64,000 bases of DNA from a virus: positions 676 to 64,675 of the IMG/VR virus record IMGVR_UViG_3300024279_000007; one strand, 5' to 3'. A program made the translations under genes and the position numbers. Within the stretch, counting starts at the first letter, position 1. The number at the start of each line of letters is the position of its first letter. Below are positions 1-8,522 of this stretch, piece after piece. The notes under the pieces are model-generated. The model was not told where the DNA came from and did no database searches. It worked only from the letters and a program-made list of their open reading frames with translations.

Positions 1-537
1 ACCGTGCGCGGTGGTGCGACCTTCGGCAGCAGCGCGACCTTCGGTGCACGACCGGCATGGGCCGGTCTCACGCCGTGGGACAACGGCAACCTGACCAACC
101 TGAACCAACTAACCAACGGGCCGGGGTACCTGACGGCAGGTGGCACGATCAACCTTGCCACCAACGCCAACAAGATACTGAACGACTCGGCGTACATGAG
201 TCTGCACTTCAACAACATCGGTGCCAACCCAACCTACGTCTGGGTCAACTACAACGACGCCAACAACTCGTACCTGACGACGCCGGGTTCACTGAGTGTC
301 AACTTCGCCAACTTCGCTAACAGCGCGAACACTGCTAACAGCGTGGGTGGCGTTAGCAACCCGGCCACGGCAGGCGCGCAGACCCAGTGGAGTACCGGCG
401 TGGCGGAAGTAGGTATTGGCGGCAATAACACCGTCGCTGAAATGGGTGCCCCGTGGGTGGCCGAAGGCTGGCACAACATCGGCGGTCTCGGCTCTGGCGC
501 ACAGGCCATGCGATTCGTCGCCTTGAGGAACCAGTGA
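1..537 (+). CDS. Tail fibre, C-terminal part (5' end outside the window)
   Basis: Frame open from the window edge; G/N/T-rich fibre-like sequence; followed directly by two fibre-chaperone genes. Confidence 0.75.
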   Translation, partial: TVRGGATFGSSATFGARPAWAGLTPWDNGNLTNLNQLTNGPGYLTAGGTINLATNANKILNDSAYMSLHFNNIGANPTYVWVNYNDANNSYLTTPGSLSVNFANFANSANTANSVGGVSNPATAGAQTQWSTGVAEVGIGGNNTVAEMGAPWVAEGWHNIGGLGSGAQAMRFVALRNQ

Positions 538-538
538 C

Positions 539-949
539 ATGACACACCATGAACTGCGCTATCTGCTGCAAAAAATGTTTCCCGACTCCGTATATGGACA
601 GGATTATTTCACTGGACACTATCTGGACAAAGACGGGAACGGTGCGGAACAGGTGGGTGAAGCCTTCATCCTCAAGTGGAAGCTGCCCGCGCCGCAACCT
701 TCTGAAGCCCAGCTACAGGCGTGGTGGGGCGGTCACCAGAAGGAAGTCCTAGCGACGATGAAGGCCGACCACATGCGCTGGCAACGCAGCACTAAGCTGG
801 CGGAAGCGGACATTCTGGTGGAGAAGGCCAAGGACCGGGGCGACGCCGAAGCTGAACAGAAGGCCCGCACATACCGGCAGGCGCTGCGCGACGTGACACT
901 CCAGCCGGGGTTTCCTGACACGTTCGACTGGCCGGAGATTCCGACATGA
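539..949 (+). CDS. Tail fibre assembly chaperone (XkdW/Tfa-like)
   Basis: C-terminal YRQALRD..QPGFP...WP signature of phage tail-assembly chaperones; follows the fibre gene. Confidence 0.85.
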   Translation: MTHHELRYLLQKMFPDSVYGQDYFTGHYLDKDGNGAEQVGEAFILKWKLPAPQPSEAQLQAWWGGHQKEVLATMKADHMRWQRSTKLAEADILVEKAKDRGDAEAEQKARTYRQALRDVTLQPGFPDTFDWPEIPT

Positions 950-1347
950 TCACCATGCACCAGCTATGGTTGTTGATGCAACGTGTTTATCCGGATAAGA
1001 CCCCCGGCAAGGATTTCATCATCGCTGCGCCTGTGAATCCGGATAACCCTACTGAACAGGGAGAAGACGCGTCCATCGCATTCTGGGCCGGACCTGAACC
1101 GGTGCCGAACATCAAGGCGCTGCTGGGCATGTACGGCAGCGAGATAGACGACATACAGCAGCGAACGATGGGGCGCTTCACACGCAACAGGCTGCTGGGT
1201 GAATCGGATTCGCTGGTCACGGCTGAAGACACACCACACCAGAAGGCGGTCGCCAAGTACCGGCAGGCACTGAGAGACGTGCCACAACAACCGGGTTTTC
1301 CAACCGATATCAAATGGCCGGTCAAGCCGGTACTCAAGGAAGAATGA
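946..1347 (+). CDS. Second tail fibre assembly chaperone (paralogue)
   Basis: Same YRQALRDVPQQPGFP..IKWP motif; ATGA overlap with the previous gene. Confidence 0.85.
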   Translation: MITMHQLWLLMQRVYPDKTPGKDFIIAAPVNPDNPTEQGEDASIAFWAGPEPVPNIKALLGMYGSEIDDIQQRTMGRFTRNRLLGESDSLVTAEDTPHQKAVAKYRQALRDVPQQPGFPTDIKWPVKPVLKEE

Positions 1348-1505
1348 TGGATTACGAACTACGTCTCTCTCAGGATCAGGTGCGTCTGATTATCGGCGCA
1401 CTGGCTGAACTGCCCTACAAGATGGCTGCGCCTACCGTTACCCGCATTCTTGAACAGACGGACGCGCAGGAGAAGATAGCCGCCGACAAGCAGAGCGTGG
1501 CCTAA
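1344..1505 (+). CDS. Small hypothetical protein (53 aa)
   Basis: ATGA-coupled to upstream gene, AAGGAAG RBS, helical sequence MMDYELRLSQDQVRLIIGALAELPY. Confidence 0.65.
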   Translation: MMDYELRLSQDQVRLIIGALAELPYKMAAPTVTRILEQTDAQEKIAADKQSVA

Positions 1506-1548
1506 CCCGTCCGGGGCAAAGCACCCCGGCCCCAAGAGGGCTACACAG

Positions 1549-1764
1549 ATGGCTGAACTGGATGATGTGTATAAACGGATCAACGAGAACTCGGTGGACA
1601 TAGCAGTCATAAAAACATGGCGGCAAAGCGTGGACGACAAGCTGGACACGTTTGTGACCCGCATTGAGTTCAATCTGGTAAAGATCATCGTTTACGGTCT
1701 AAGCGGCACGATCCTCATGAGCGTACTGGTAGCTCTCCTTTCAAAGGTGGTAGTGAAATCATGA
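1549..1764 (+). CDS. Small membrane protein at the start of the lysis cassette (holin/antiholin-like)
   Basis: Charged N-terminus plus one C-terminal TM helix; GAGG RBS. Confidence 0.65.
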   Translation: MAELDDVYKRINENSVDIAVIKTWRQSVDDKLDTFVTRIEFNLVKIIVYGLSGTILMSVLVALLSKVVVKS

Positions 1765-2096
1765 GAACGTTCATTAGTACATGGCGGCACGTGATATTCG
1801 GCGGCGGGTATGTTGTTGTGCTCGCAACCAGTACCGCCGCGCTGGGCTACTCATACATCACCGGAGCGATCAATGAAGCAGGACGCGGCACACGATCAGA
1901 AAACCTACCTTCTTACGATCAGAACGGGGTATTTCGCGGTGATTGCGCTTTTCGCAGCCATCGCGGTTCTGTGCGTAGGTGTGACGGGGATTTACTTCGG
2001 CTCGAAACAGCAGGCCGACAAGGATCGGGAGACGCTGCTGGCGGCACGGACCGAACTGAAGGATCAGCAACTGGCCTACGAAAAAAGGCTGGGTGA
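1761..2096 (+). CDS. Possible membrane protein overlapping the next gene in another frame
   Basis: ATGA coupling to the upstream stop and an N-terminal hydrophobic segment; C-terminal part looks like off-frame sequence. Confidence 0.35.
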   Translation: MRTFISTWRHVIFGGGYVVVLATSTAALGYSYITGAINEAGRGTRSENLPSYDQNGVFRGDCAFRSHRGSVRRCDGDLLRLETAGRQGSGDAAGGTDRTEGSATGLRKKAG

Positions 2097-2283
2097 ACAG
2101 TCGGCCCGGTACGCCTATGAGTCAACCCTGCACGTCCATACGCTGGAGCAACTTAACAGCACCATCAAGAATCTCAAAGAGTCCAGCGACAGGGCGGCAT
2201 CGGCGGCTGCTACCGCAGCGTCTACCACGAAGGAAACCCAGCGCACGCTGGAGAACGTAACCAATAAGCGGAGTACCAAATGA
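1873..2283 (+). CDS. Membrane-anchored coiled-coil protein of the lysis region
   Basis: GGAG RBS before ATG 1873; TM helix followed by a coiled coil. Confidence 0.7.
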   Translation: MKQDAAHDQKTYLLTIRTGYFAVIALFAAIAVLCVGVTGIYFGSKQQADKDRETLLAARTELKDQQLAYEKRLGEQSARYAYESTLHVHTLEQLNSTIKNLKESSDRAASAAATAASTTKETQRTLENVTNKRSTK

Positions 2284-2690
2284 AGCTAGAACTGGTGGAT
2301 CAGGCCCGCAAGATTCTGTTCACGTCGTGGGCCGCACGGCTCGGGGTGATTGCCGCAGTGCTACAGGCGCTCGCGGAGTTTCAGGACCAGCTACCGCTGA
2401 TCCGGGACTACGTGCCGCATAACCTGTTCAGCCTGCTGGCAATCCTCTGCGCCATATCGGTACCGCTCGCGCGGGTGGTGAAGCAGGCAGCGCTGCACGA
2501 AGGCCAGACGGTGCCGGACCTGACGATCCCGCCGCAAGCACTGGCGGCTGTGGTGCAGGTAGCCAAGGACGTGCTGACGGCACACATTGCACAGGTGGCC
2601 AAGGCTGCTGAACCGCTGACGGCCAACAACGCGCCGCCCCCGCCCGTACTGAACATTCCGCCGTTGCCGACCGGGGATCAGGTCAAATGA
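2280..2690 (+). CDS. Putative holin
   Basis: Two TM segments, immediately upstream of the endolysin, ATGA overlaps. Confidence 0.65.
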   Translation: MKLELVDQARKILFTSWAARLGVIAAVLQALAEFQDQLPLIRDYVPHNLFSLLAILCAISVPLARVVKQAALHEGQTVPDLTIPPQALAAVVQVAKDVLTAHIAQVAKAAEPLTANNAPPPPVLNIPPLPTGDQVK

Positions 2691-3265
2691 ACGAAACGCT
2701 CTCATTGACGTGGGACGACACGAAGCTGACGCGCCAGTGGGAGCGTTTGATTCTGTTCGCCTACCCCGACCCGGCCTCACCGATGGCCCAGATCATCCAG
2801 AAGATGGGGCTGTGGGAACAGTACCTGTCTGGACACATCGGCATTCCAGCGCTCGCGCGGGACGCCAAGCCTGCACCCGGCAAACGGACGGCAGGCGACC
2901 CGTGGACCATCGGTTACGGTCACACCGGCCCGGACGTATTCGAGAACCTTGTGTGGTCCGAAGACAAGGCCAACTCGCAACTGCTGCACGATCTGGAGCC
3001 GGTCGGCGCGACGCTGAAGGAAATCATCACGCGGGAAATCACAAAAGAACAGTTCATCGCGCTCTCTGACTGGGGGCACAACGTAGGCGATGAAGCGGTG
3101 CGAACCTCGACGCTGATCAAGGTGCTGAATCTCGGGGACGACCTGAAGGCGGCTGACCAGTTCCGGGTGTGGAACAAGGCGGCTGGCGTGGTGAATCAGG
3201 GGCTGGTCAACCGGCGCGAAGCTGACCGCGCGCTATTCCTGCTGGGGAGTAACTTTGGTGCTTAA
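2687..3265 (+). CDS. Endolysin, GH24 (T4-like) lysozyme
   Basis: WTIGYGHTG, WNKAAG and GLVNRREA motifs typical of phage lysozymes. Confidence 0.9.
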   Translation: MNETLSLTWDDTKLTRQWERLILFAYPDPASPMAQIIQKMGLWEQYLSGHIGIPALARDAKPAPGKRTAGDPWTIGYGHTGPDVFENLVWSEDKANSQLLHDLEPVGATLKEIITREITKEQFIALSDWGHNVGDEAVRTSTLIKVLNLGDDLKAADQFRVWNKAAGVVNQGLVNRREADRALFLLGSNFGA

Positions 3266-3761
3266 TCCGTGGGTGTTGCTCGGCATCGTGCTTGCCTTCG
3301 CCGGGTCTAACGCGTGGTCATTCCATGAAGGCAGGCATTACTCCACTATCTCAATCGAAGCTGGACAGAAGCAGGCGGCTGACAAGGCTGCGGCGGAAGC
3401 GAAGGCCAATGCAGAGATTGATTATGGTGTCCAGCAGGAACTGGCTCTGGAGCAACAACGCCATGAACTTCTCTCTGAGACGCATCACAACCTTGTGGTC
3501 GAAGCGATCACCAAAGAGAAAGTCATACGCCAGCAACAGCCGCCCGTGGCGACTGGTGGCGCTATTGACTGCAATACCCCTTCTGGCACTTTCCGGGTGC
3601 TACTCGATTCCATCAGAGCCAGCAACAAGGGTGCCGCCCCAGCCACCGGCGCAGGTGATGGTGCCGTGTCAGGCGGCAACGGAACCAGCGGACCCGTCGC
3701 CGGAAGCGACGCAGTTCGCACTGGACAGCACAGCATGGACCCTCTCGACGTGTCGAAATGA
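3258..3761 (+). CDS. i-spanin (Rz-like)
   Basis: N-terminal TM helix plus coiled coil, directly after the endolysin. Confidence 0.8.
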   Translation: MLNPWVLLGIVLAFAGSNAWSFHEGRHYSTISIEAGQKQAADKAAAEAKANAEIDYGVQQELALEQQRHELLSETHHNLVVEAITKEKVIRQQQPPVATGGAIDCNTPSGTFRVLLDSIRASNKGAAPATGAGDGAVSGGNGTSGPVAGSDAVRTGQHSMDPLDVSK

Positions 3762-3807
3762 CCACGACTTCCTGATCGACTGGGTAAAACTTCATTGGAG
3801 TAAATGA
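3463..3807 (+). CDS. o-spanin (Rz1-like lipoprotein) overlapping the i-spanin; start uncertain
   Basis: Basic N-region, hydrophobic stretch, lipobox LSGC, Pro-rich mature part, alternate frame within Rz. Confidence 0.8.
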   Translation: MNFSLRRITTLWSKRSPKRKSYASNSRPWRLVALLTAIPLLALSGCYSIPSEPATRVPPQPPAQVMVPCQAATEPADPSPEATQFALDSTAWTLSTCRNDHDFLIDWVKLHWSK

Positions 3808-3808
3808 C

Positions 3809-4993
3809 ATGGCCGGACTGGTGAACGACGCCACGGGTCAATCCACCCCATACAACGCGGCACAGGCTACGACAACGAACGCCACGGCTGGACAGGCTAC
3901 GTCAACGGACGCCAAGGCTACCGGCTATGACGCCGCGCAGTCGCAGGCCGCGCAGTATCAGGCAACCACGGGCAACGCCGCGAAAGCGAATCTGGCCACG
4001 AACACCATTGACAACAGTCAGACGGTGGCGGGTCAACTGAAGGGGCTGATAGACGATAACAGCCCGCTGCTGCAACAGGCCCGCGCACAGGCACTGGCCA
4101 ACGCCAACTCCCGTGGTCTGCTGAACAGCAGCATGGCAGAGACCGGCGCACAGTCGGCGGTGCTGTCACAGGCCATGCCGATTGCACAGCAGGACGCGTC
4201 TACGAATTTCACCAATAACACCAATAACACCAACGCGACGAACCAGAACAGCCAGTACAACGCGACGAACGAACAGGACATGACGAAGACCAATCTGGGC
4301 CTCGTCAACAACGCCAGTCAGTTCAACGCGGGCAATCAGCAGCAGACCAATCTGTCGAACCAGTCAGCCACGAATCAGGCTGAACAGTTCGGCGCGGCAG
4401 CAGGGAACGCCGCATCGTCGCAGAACGCGCAGCAGGCCACGCAGACCAGCCAGTTCAACGCTGGACAGCAGACTTCGGTCAACCAGTCGAATGCGTCTGC
4501 CGCGAACAGCAACAGCCAGTTCAACGCCCAGCAGTCAAACGCCGCGCAGCAACAGGCAGCGGACAACGACTTCAAGGCGTATCTGGACACGCAGGACAAC
4601 AACACGAAAATCCAGCTTCAGGCGATGGACAGCGCGAACAAGACGCAACTGGCGCAGATTCAGGCGCAGTACCAGCAGGCCATGCAGTCCAGCCAGTCGG
4701 CCAATGCGATCTACACGCAGTCCCAGCAGCAGATCAGCGCCATCATGTCGAACAAGGATATGGACCCCGGTGCGAAGCAGAAGGCGGTTGACCAGCAACT
4801 GGCGATGCTGCGCTCGGGTATGGCGGTCGCGGGCAGCGTGGCGTCCGTGGACCTCGGCACGCTCCTAAATTTTGACGCAGGGGGTTCGGCGGCTACTCCC
4901 TTCTCTGGTATCGCGCCGCCACCCCCGCCGCCACCCGTATTTACTCCTGAACAGGGGTACGACTACAACAACGGCTATAACAACCGGCACTGA
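3809..4993 (+). CDS. Internal virion / DNA pilot protein
   Basis: Q/N/A/T-rich with repeated SQFNA motifs; first gene of the ejection cluster. Confidence 0.6.
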   Translation: MAGLVNDATGQSTPYNAAQATTTNATAGQATSTDAKATGYDAAQSQAAQYQATTGNAAKANLATNTIDNSQTVAGQLKGLIDDNSPLLQQARAQALANANSRGLLNSSMAETGAQSAVLSQAMPIAQQDASTNFTNNTNNTNATNQNSQYNATNEQDMTKTNLGLVNNASQFNAGNQQQTNLSNQSATNQAEQFGAAAGNAASSQNAQQATQTSQFNAGQQTSVNQSNASAANSNSQFNAQQSNAAQQQAADNDFKAYLDTQDNNTKIQLQAMDSANKTQLAQIQAQYQQAMQSSQSANAIYTQSQQQISAIMSNKDMDPGAKQKAVDQQLAMLRSGMAVAGSVASVDLGTLLNFDAGGSAATPFSGIAPPPPPPPVFTPEQGYDYNNGYNNRH

Positions 4994-5001
4994 GGCTGAA
5001 C

Positions 5002-5088
5002 ATGAACTGGATCACGGAACTGTCCACGGCAGCACTGAAACTGTCCATTGCGTATCTCGCTGCGACACTGGCAAGGCACCTTTCGTAA
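5002..5088 (+). CDS. 28-aa micro-ORF (MNWITELSTAALKLSIAYLAATLARHLS)
   Basis: GAGG RBS; fills the gap exactly, stop abuts the next ATG; below the ORF-track cutoff. Confidence 0.45.
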   Translation: MNWITELSTAALKLSIAYLAATLARHLS

Positions 5089-5613
5089 ATGGACTTCTCT
5101 ATCGAAACCGTGCGCGAAGTGCAGCGAGACATGCAAGACCTGATCAAACTGCACTACGCGGAACTGACGGCAAACAAGGAAGCGGTTGAACTGGCTCCCG
5201 ACTACGCCCGCTATCAGGAACTGGAAGACCTCGGCAAGCTGGCCATCTTCACGGTACGTGATCCGGACATGCTGGACATGCTGGTGGGCTACTCGATCTT
5301 TTTTATCGACGCCCACATTCACTACCGCAACCAGACGTTCGCGAACAACGACATTATCTTTCTGCACAAGGACTACCGGAACAAGACAACGTTCTGGACA
5401 GTGCTGCGTAGCTGGATACGGCGCAACGTACTGTGCCTGCCGAAGAAGACCAAGGGCATTGGTGAACAGCTTATCGACTTCAGCGAAGCACAACTGAAGC
5501 TGATGGCCGTCTCCAAGGTTATCTGGCATATCAAGTTCAAGCTGAACTGGTCACCGATCCTGTTGCGTCGCGGCTATGCGCGCGAAGACTTCACGGTCGG
5601 CAAAATTCTCTAA
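5089..5613 (+). CDS. GNAT-fold acetyltransferase-like protein
   Basis: LVGYSIFF strand, DIIFLHKDYR...GIG.QLI acetyl-CoA-binding pattern, LLRRGY tail. Confidence 0.75.
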   Translation: MDFSIETVREVQRDMQDLIKLHYAELTANKEAVELAPDYARYQELEDLGKLAIFTVRDPDMLDMLVGYSIFFIDAHIHYRNQTFANNDIIFLHKDYRNKTTFWTVLRSWIRRNVLCLPKKTKGIGEQLIDFSEAQLKLMAVSKVIWHIKFKLNWSPILLRRGYAREDFTVGKIL

Positions 5614-5624
5614 AGGGGCAAGCA

Positions 5625-6737
5625 ATGGCCATCACAGGAGCCGCAGCCATCGTAGGTGGAGTGGCAGCGGGTTTGACAGGTGCCACTACCGTTATTGCCA
5701 TTGCGGGTCTGGCGATTACGGCGGTGGGTCTGATCACCAAAAACCAGACGCTGATGAAAATCGGTGGCGGTCTCAGTCTCGGAAGTTCAGCCGCAGGCCT
5801 CGCGGGCGGGGCAGCAGCAGGCGCATCAGGTGCAGCCGACGCCACGACTGCCGGGATCAACGCACCGTCCGTGGCCGATGCAGCGGGCGCAGGCTCGCAG
5901 GCCGCAGGCGATGTGGCCGCGCAATCGACGGCAGCAGCGACGGCCACCAGCACACCGGCTGACCTGATCGCGGGCTATGGCGCGAGTGCCGTGGACCCCG
6001 GTCTGATCGGCGGCGCGGCGGCGCAGACCTCAACCGAAGCGGCGATCAGCGGGGCGGGTGGGCTGAACGGCAGTGTGGCCCCGGTTGATCCGGCTCTGAA
6101 CAGCGCAGCAGCCAACGGGATTGATCAGAATCTGGCGGCAGTTTCCCCGGCGCAGCAGGCTGTCCAGTCCGATGTGGCCGCGAGCACCAACGTCAATCCG
6201 GCCAACGTCAACGCAGCCAATGCCAACCCGGCAAACATCAACCCGGCCAATACGAACACGATTGCACAGAACACGGCAACCGCGTCGCCGGTCGCACCGG
6301 GCACGCAGGCACCGAACGCGGCAACGGCCACGACCGGCAGCGGCGCACCGTATGCGTTCAACTCGGCCACGGCTTACACGCCTGTCCAGAACGGTTTGCA
6401 GGCCCCGTCTAGCTGGTGGCAGGACACCCTTTCGTGGTTTCAAGACCCGAAGAACAACAGCCTCATGCAGGTAGGCGGCGGGCTGCTGAAGGGTGTTGGA
6501 CAGGGGGCGTTGACGGCACTCGCGCCCGACTCGCGGGCAAAGATTCTGGGTGAACAGTACGCGTTCGAACGCGCTAACCTGTCCGGCGCGGGCGCGATCC
6601 CGACCGTGAACATGCGCCCGTCTGGCGCAGCGTCGCCCTACAAGAATCCGACACAGGTGCAGCAGGCGGCTGACGCAGCGGTCAAGTCAACCACGACGCC
6701 CGCCTATCCGGGCATCATCAACAAGCAACGGAGCTAA
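5625..6737 (+). CDS. Internal virion (ejection) protein
   Basis: G/A-rich hydrophobic N-terminus, low-complexity body, ejection cluster context. Confidence 0.6.
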   Translation: MAITGAAAIVGGVAAGLTGATTVIAIAGLAITAVGLITKNQTLMKIGGGLSLGSSAAGLAGGAAAGASGAADATTAGINAPSVADAAGAGSQAAGDVAAQSTAAATATSTPADLIAGYGASAVDPGLIGGAAAQTSTEAAISGAGGLNGSVAPVDPALNSAAANGIDQNLAAVSPAQQAVQSDVAASTNVNPANVNAANANPANINPANTNTIAQNTATASPVAPGTQAPNAATATTGSGAPYAFNSATAYTPVQNGLQAPSSWWQDTLSWFQDPKNNSLMQVGGGLLKGVGQGALTALAPDSRAKILGEQYAFERANLSGAGAIPTVNMRPSGAASPYKNPTQVQQAADAAVKSTTTPAYPGIINKQRS

Positions 6738-6739
6738 CG

Positions 6740-7426
6740 ATGGCGAAGAACAGGTTCCGCAAGCCGGGTCCGCTGAAGGGGGGCAACACACCGCCCCCGC
6801 CCAAGGGTGCACCGGCAGAGGCTAAGGCCGCGCCACCCGCTGGACAGCCGCAGGGCACTCCCGGTGAGGAAGACTCCAATGATCCCGTTATCGCTCAGGT
6901 GCAGGACAAGGTGCGCCAGTCGATTCCGCCGCAATTTCGCGTGGCTGTCCAGAAGCTGGTGCTTGCTGGGCAGAAGATCATGTATGACCCGAAGACGCAT
7001 CACCTGATGGTGCAGGCGTTGCAGTCAGACAGCGATCCCGCGCACGCGGTGGGTATGGGCGTCACGCAGCTTATGACCATGATGTGGGTTCAGTCGAAAG
7101 GCTCGATCCCGATGCCCGCGATGATCCCGGCGGCGATCCTGCTGGTGTGTGAATCGCTGGACTTCTGCGAACAGAGCAATCTGCTGAAGCCGGACAACGA
7201 CATGATCGGCAACGCTGTTCAGGTGGTCGTGTCCTACATGATGCAGAAAATGGGCATAAAGCCCGGTGACATGGCGCAGGCGGCAGGCATACAGGGGCAG
7301 CAGCCCGCCAACACCCAGACACCGGGTGCGCCTGCCTCACCGCAACAGCAGCCCCCGCAACAGCCCCCGCAGACGGGTGGTGGCGGGCTGATCGGCGCAG
7401 CAATGGGAGCACAAAATGGCGGTTAA
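6740..7426 (+). CDS. Hypothetical virion-associated protein
   Basis: Coupled ORF in the ejection cluster with genome-typical codon use. Confidence 0.6.
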   Translation: MAKNRFRKPGPLKGGNTPPPPKGAPAEAKAAPPAGQPQGTPGEEDSNDPVIAQVQDKVRQSIPPQFRVAVQKLVLAGQKIMYDPKTHHLMVQALQSDSDPAHAVGMGVTQLMTMMWVQSKGSIPMPAMIPAAILLVCESLDFCEQSNLLKPDNDMIGNAVQVVVSYMMQKMGIKPGDMAQAAGIQGQQPANTQTPGAPASPQQQPPQQPPQTGGGGLIGAAMGAQNGG

Positions 7427-8513
7427 TCTCGGACTGATTCTCGGCAGCGCGCTCGCGGGCGGTGTTGCTGGTGCTGGTGGCGCGGCAGAGGAAATGGGCC
7501 AGACCTACCAGAAGCAGCAGGGGCAGCAGGACTTGGTGCGCATGCAGAACGAACTGGATGAACAGAAGCAGATGCGCATTCAGGAGTCGGCGCAGACCTT
7601 CGCCCGTGAACAGCAGGGTGCACTGTTCGCCCAGCAGGACAAGACGCTGAAAAACACGCAGGACTTCGAAGGCACCCAGAAGGGTCTGGACAGGACGAGC
7701 GAAGAAAAGCGCACCGGCATGAACAACGCCACGTCCATCGCGACGGCCAACATCAGCGCGGGTGCCACGCTCGGTGCTGAACGCATGCGGATCAACGCGC
7801 AGAAAGACATTATCGGCAAGCCGCAGCTTATCCAGACGGAGAACGGGCCGATGCTGCTGGACCCGTCCACGGGCAAGGCAGCACCGGTGACCGGGCCGGA
7901 CAACAAGCCGGTCGGTGGCATGAAGATGACGCAGATTGATCAGGTGGCCTATCAGGGCGCGCAAAAGATCGTGCTCGATCCTCTCTCGACGGATGAACAG
8001 AAGCAGGCGGCACAGGCGCAGATTCAGAGCATCGCCAACAAGTATTCGGCAGCAGGCACAACCGGCAGCGGTGGCGCTGGACAGAAGGCCCCCGTGCTTC
8101 CCTCGGATAAGGCCATCAAGTCACTGAAGGCCAACCCGGCACTGAAGACCCAGTTTGACCAGCAGTTCGGTCAGGGCGCAGCGGACAAGGTACTGAACAC
8201 CGGCAACGGCAGCAGTGGACTGGTGAACGCCAACGCTGCCCAGCCTGCTGCACCGCCCGCGACCCCCACGACCCCCACGATTGGCAACAGCAACGTGCCG
8301 GTCGGGGTGAACGCGCGTAACCCGGCACCGACGCCAGCGGTACCCCCGCCAGCACCGGCCAACCCGTCGCCTGCCCCGTACCAGCCCAGTGCCCTGATCG
8401 CGGGAGCAATGACCCCGCAGCAGGGACCGCCGCCGACCCAGCCGCAGTTCAGGCAACAGCTTGACGCGTTTGGTCGGCCTGTCCAGCAGACACAGAACCC
8501 TCTCGGCTTATAG
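7416..8513 (+). CDS. Internal virion (ejection) protein
   Basis: G-rich N-terminus, Q-rich coiled coil, Pro-rich tail. Confidence 0.6.
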   Translation: MAVNLGLILGSALAGGVAGAGGAAEEMGQTYQKQQGQQDLVRMQNELDEQKQMRIQESAQTFAREQQGALFAQQDKTLKNTQDFEGTQKGLDRTSEEKRTGMNNATSIATANISAGATLGAERMRINAQKDIIGKPQLIQTENGPMLLDPSTGKAAPVTGPDNKPVGGMKMTQIDQVAYQGAQKIVLDPLSTDEQKQAAQAQIQSIANKYSAAGTTGSGGAGQKAPVLPSDKAIKSLKANPALKTQFDQQFGQGAADKVLNTGNGSSGLVNANAAQPAAPPATPTTPTIGNSNVPVGVNARNPAPTPAVPPPAPANPSPAPYQPSALIAGAMTPQQGPPPTQPQFRQQLDAFGRPVQQTQNPLGL

Positions 8514-8522
8514 GAACTGAAC

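Noticed and set aside
3809-4993. SQFNA/QQ repeats as a DNA repeat element
   Set aside because: Protein-level low complexity typical of pilot proteins; synonymous sites vary
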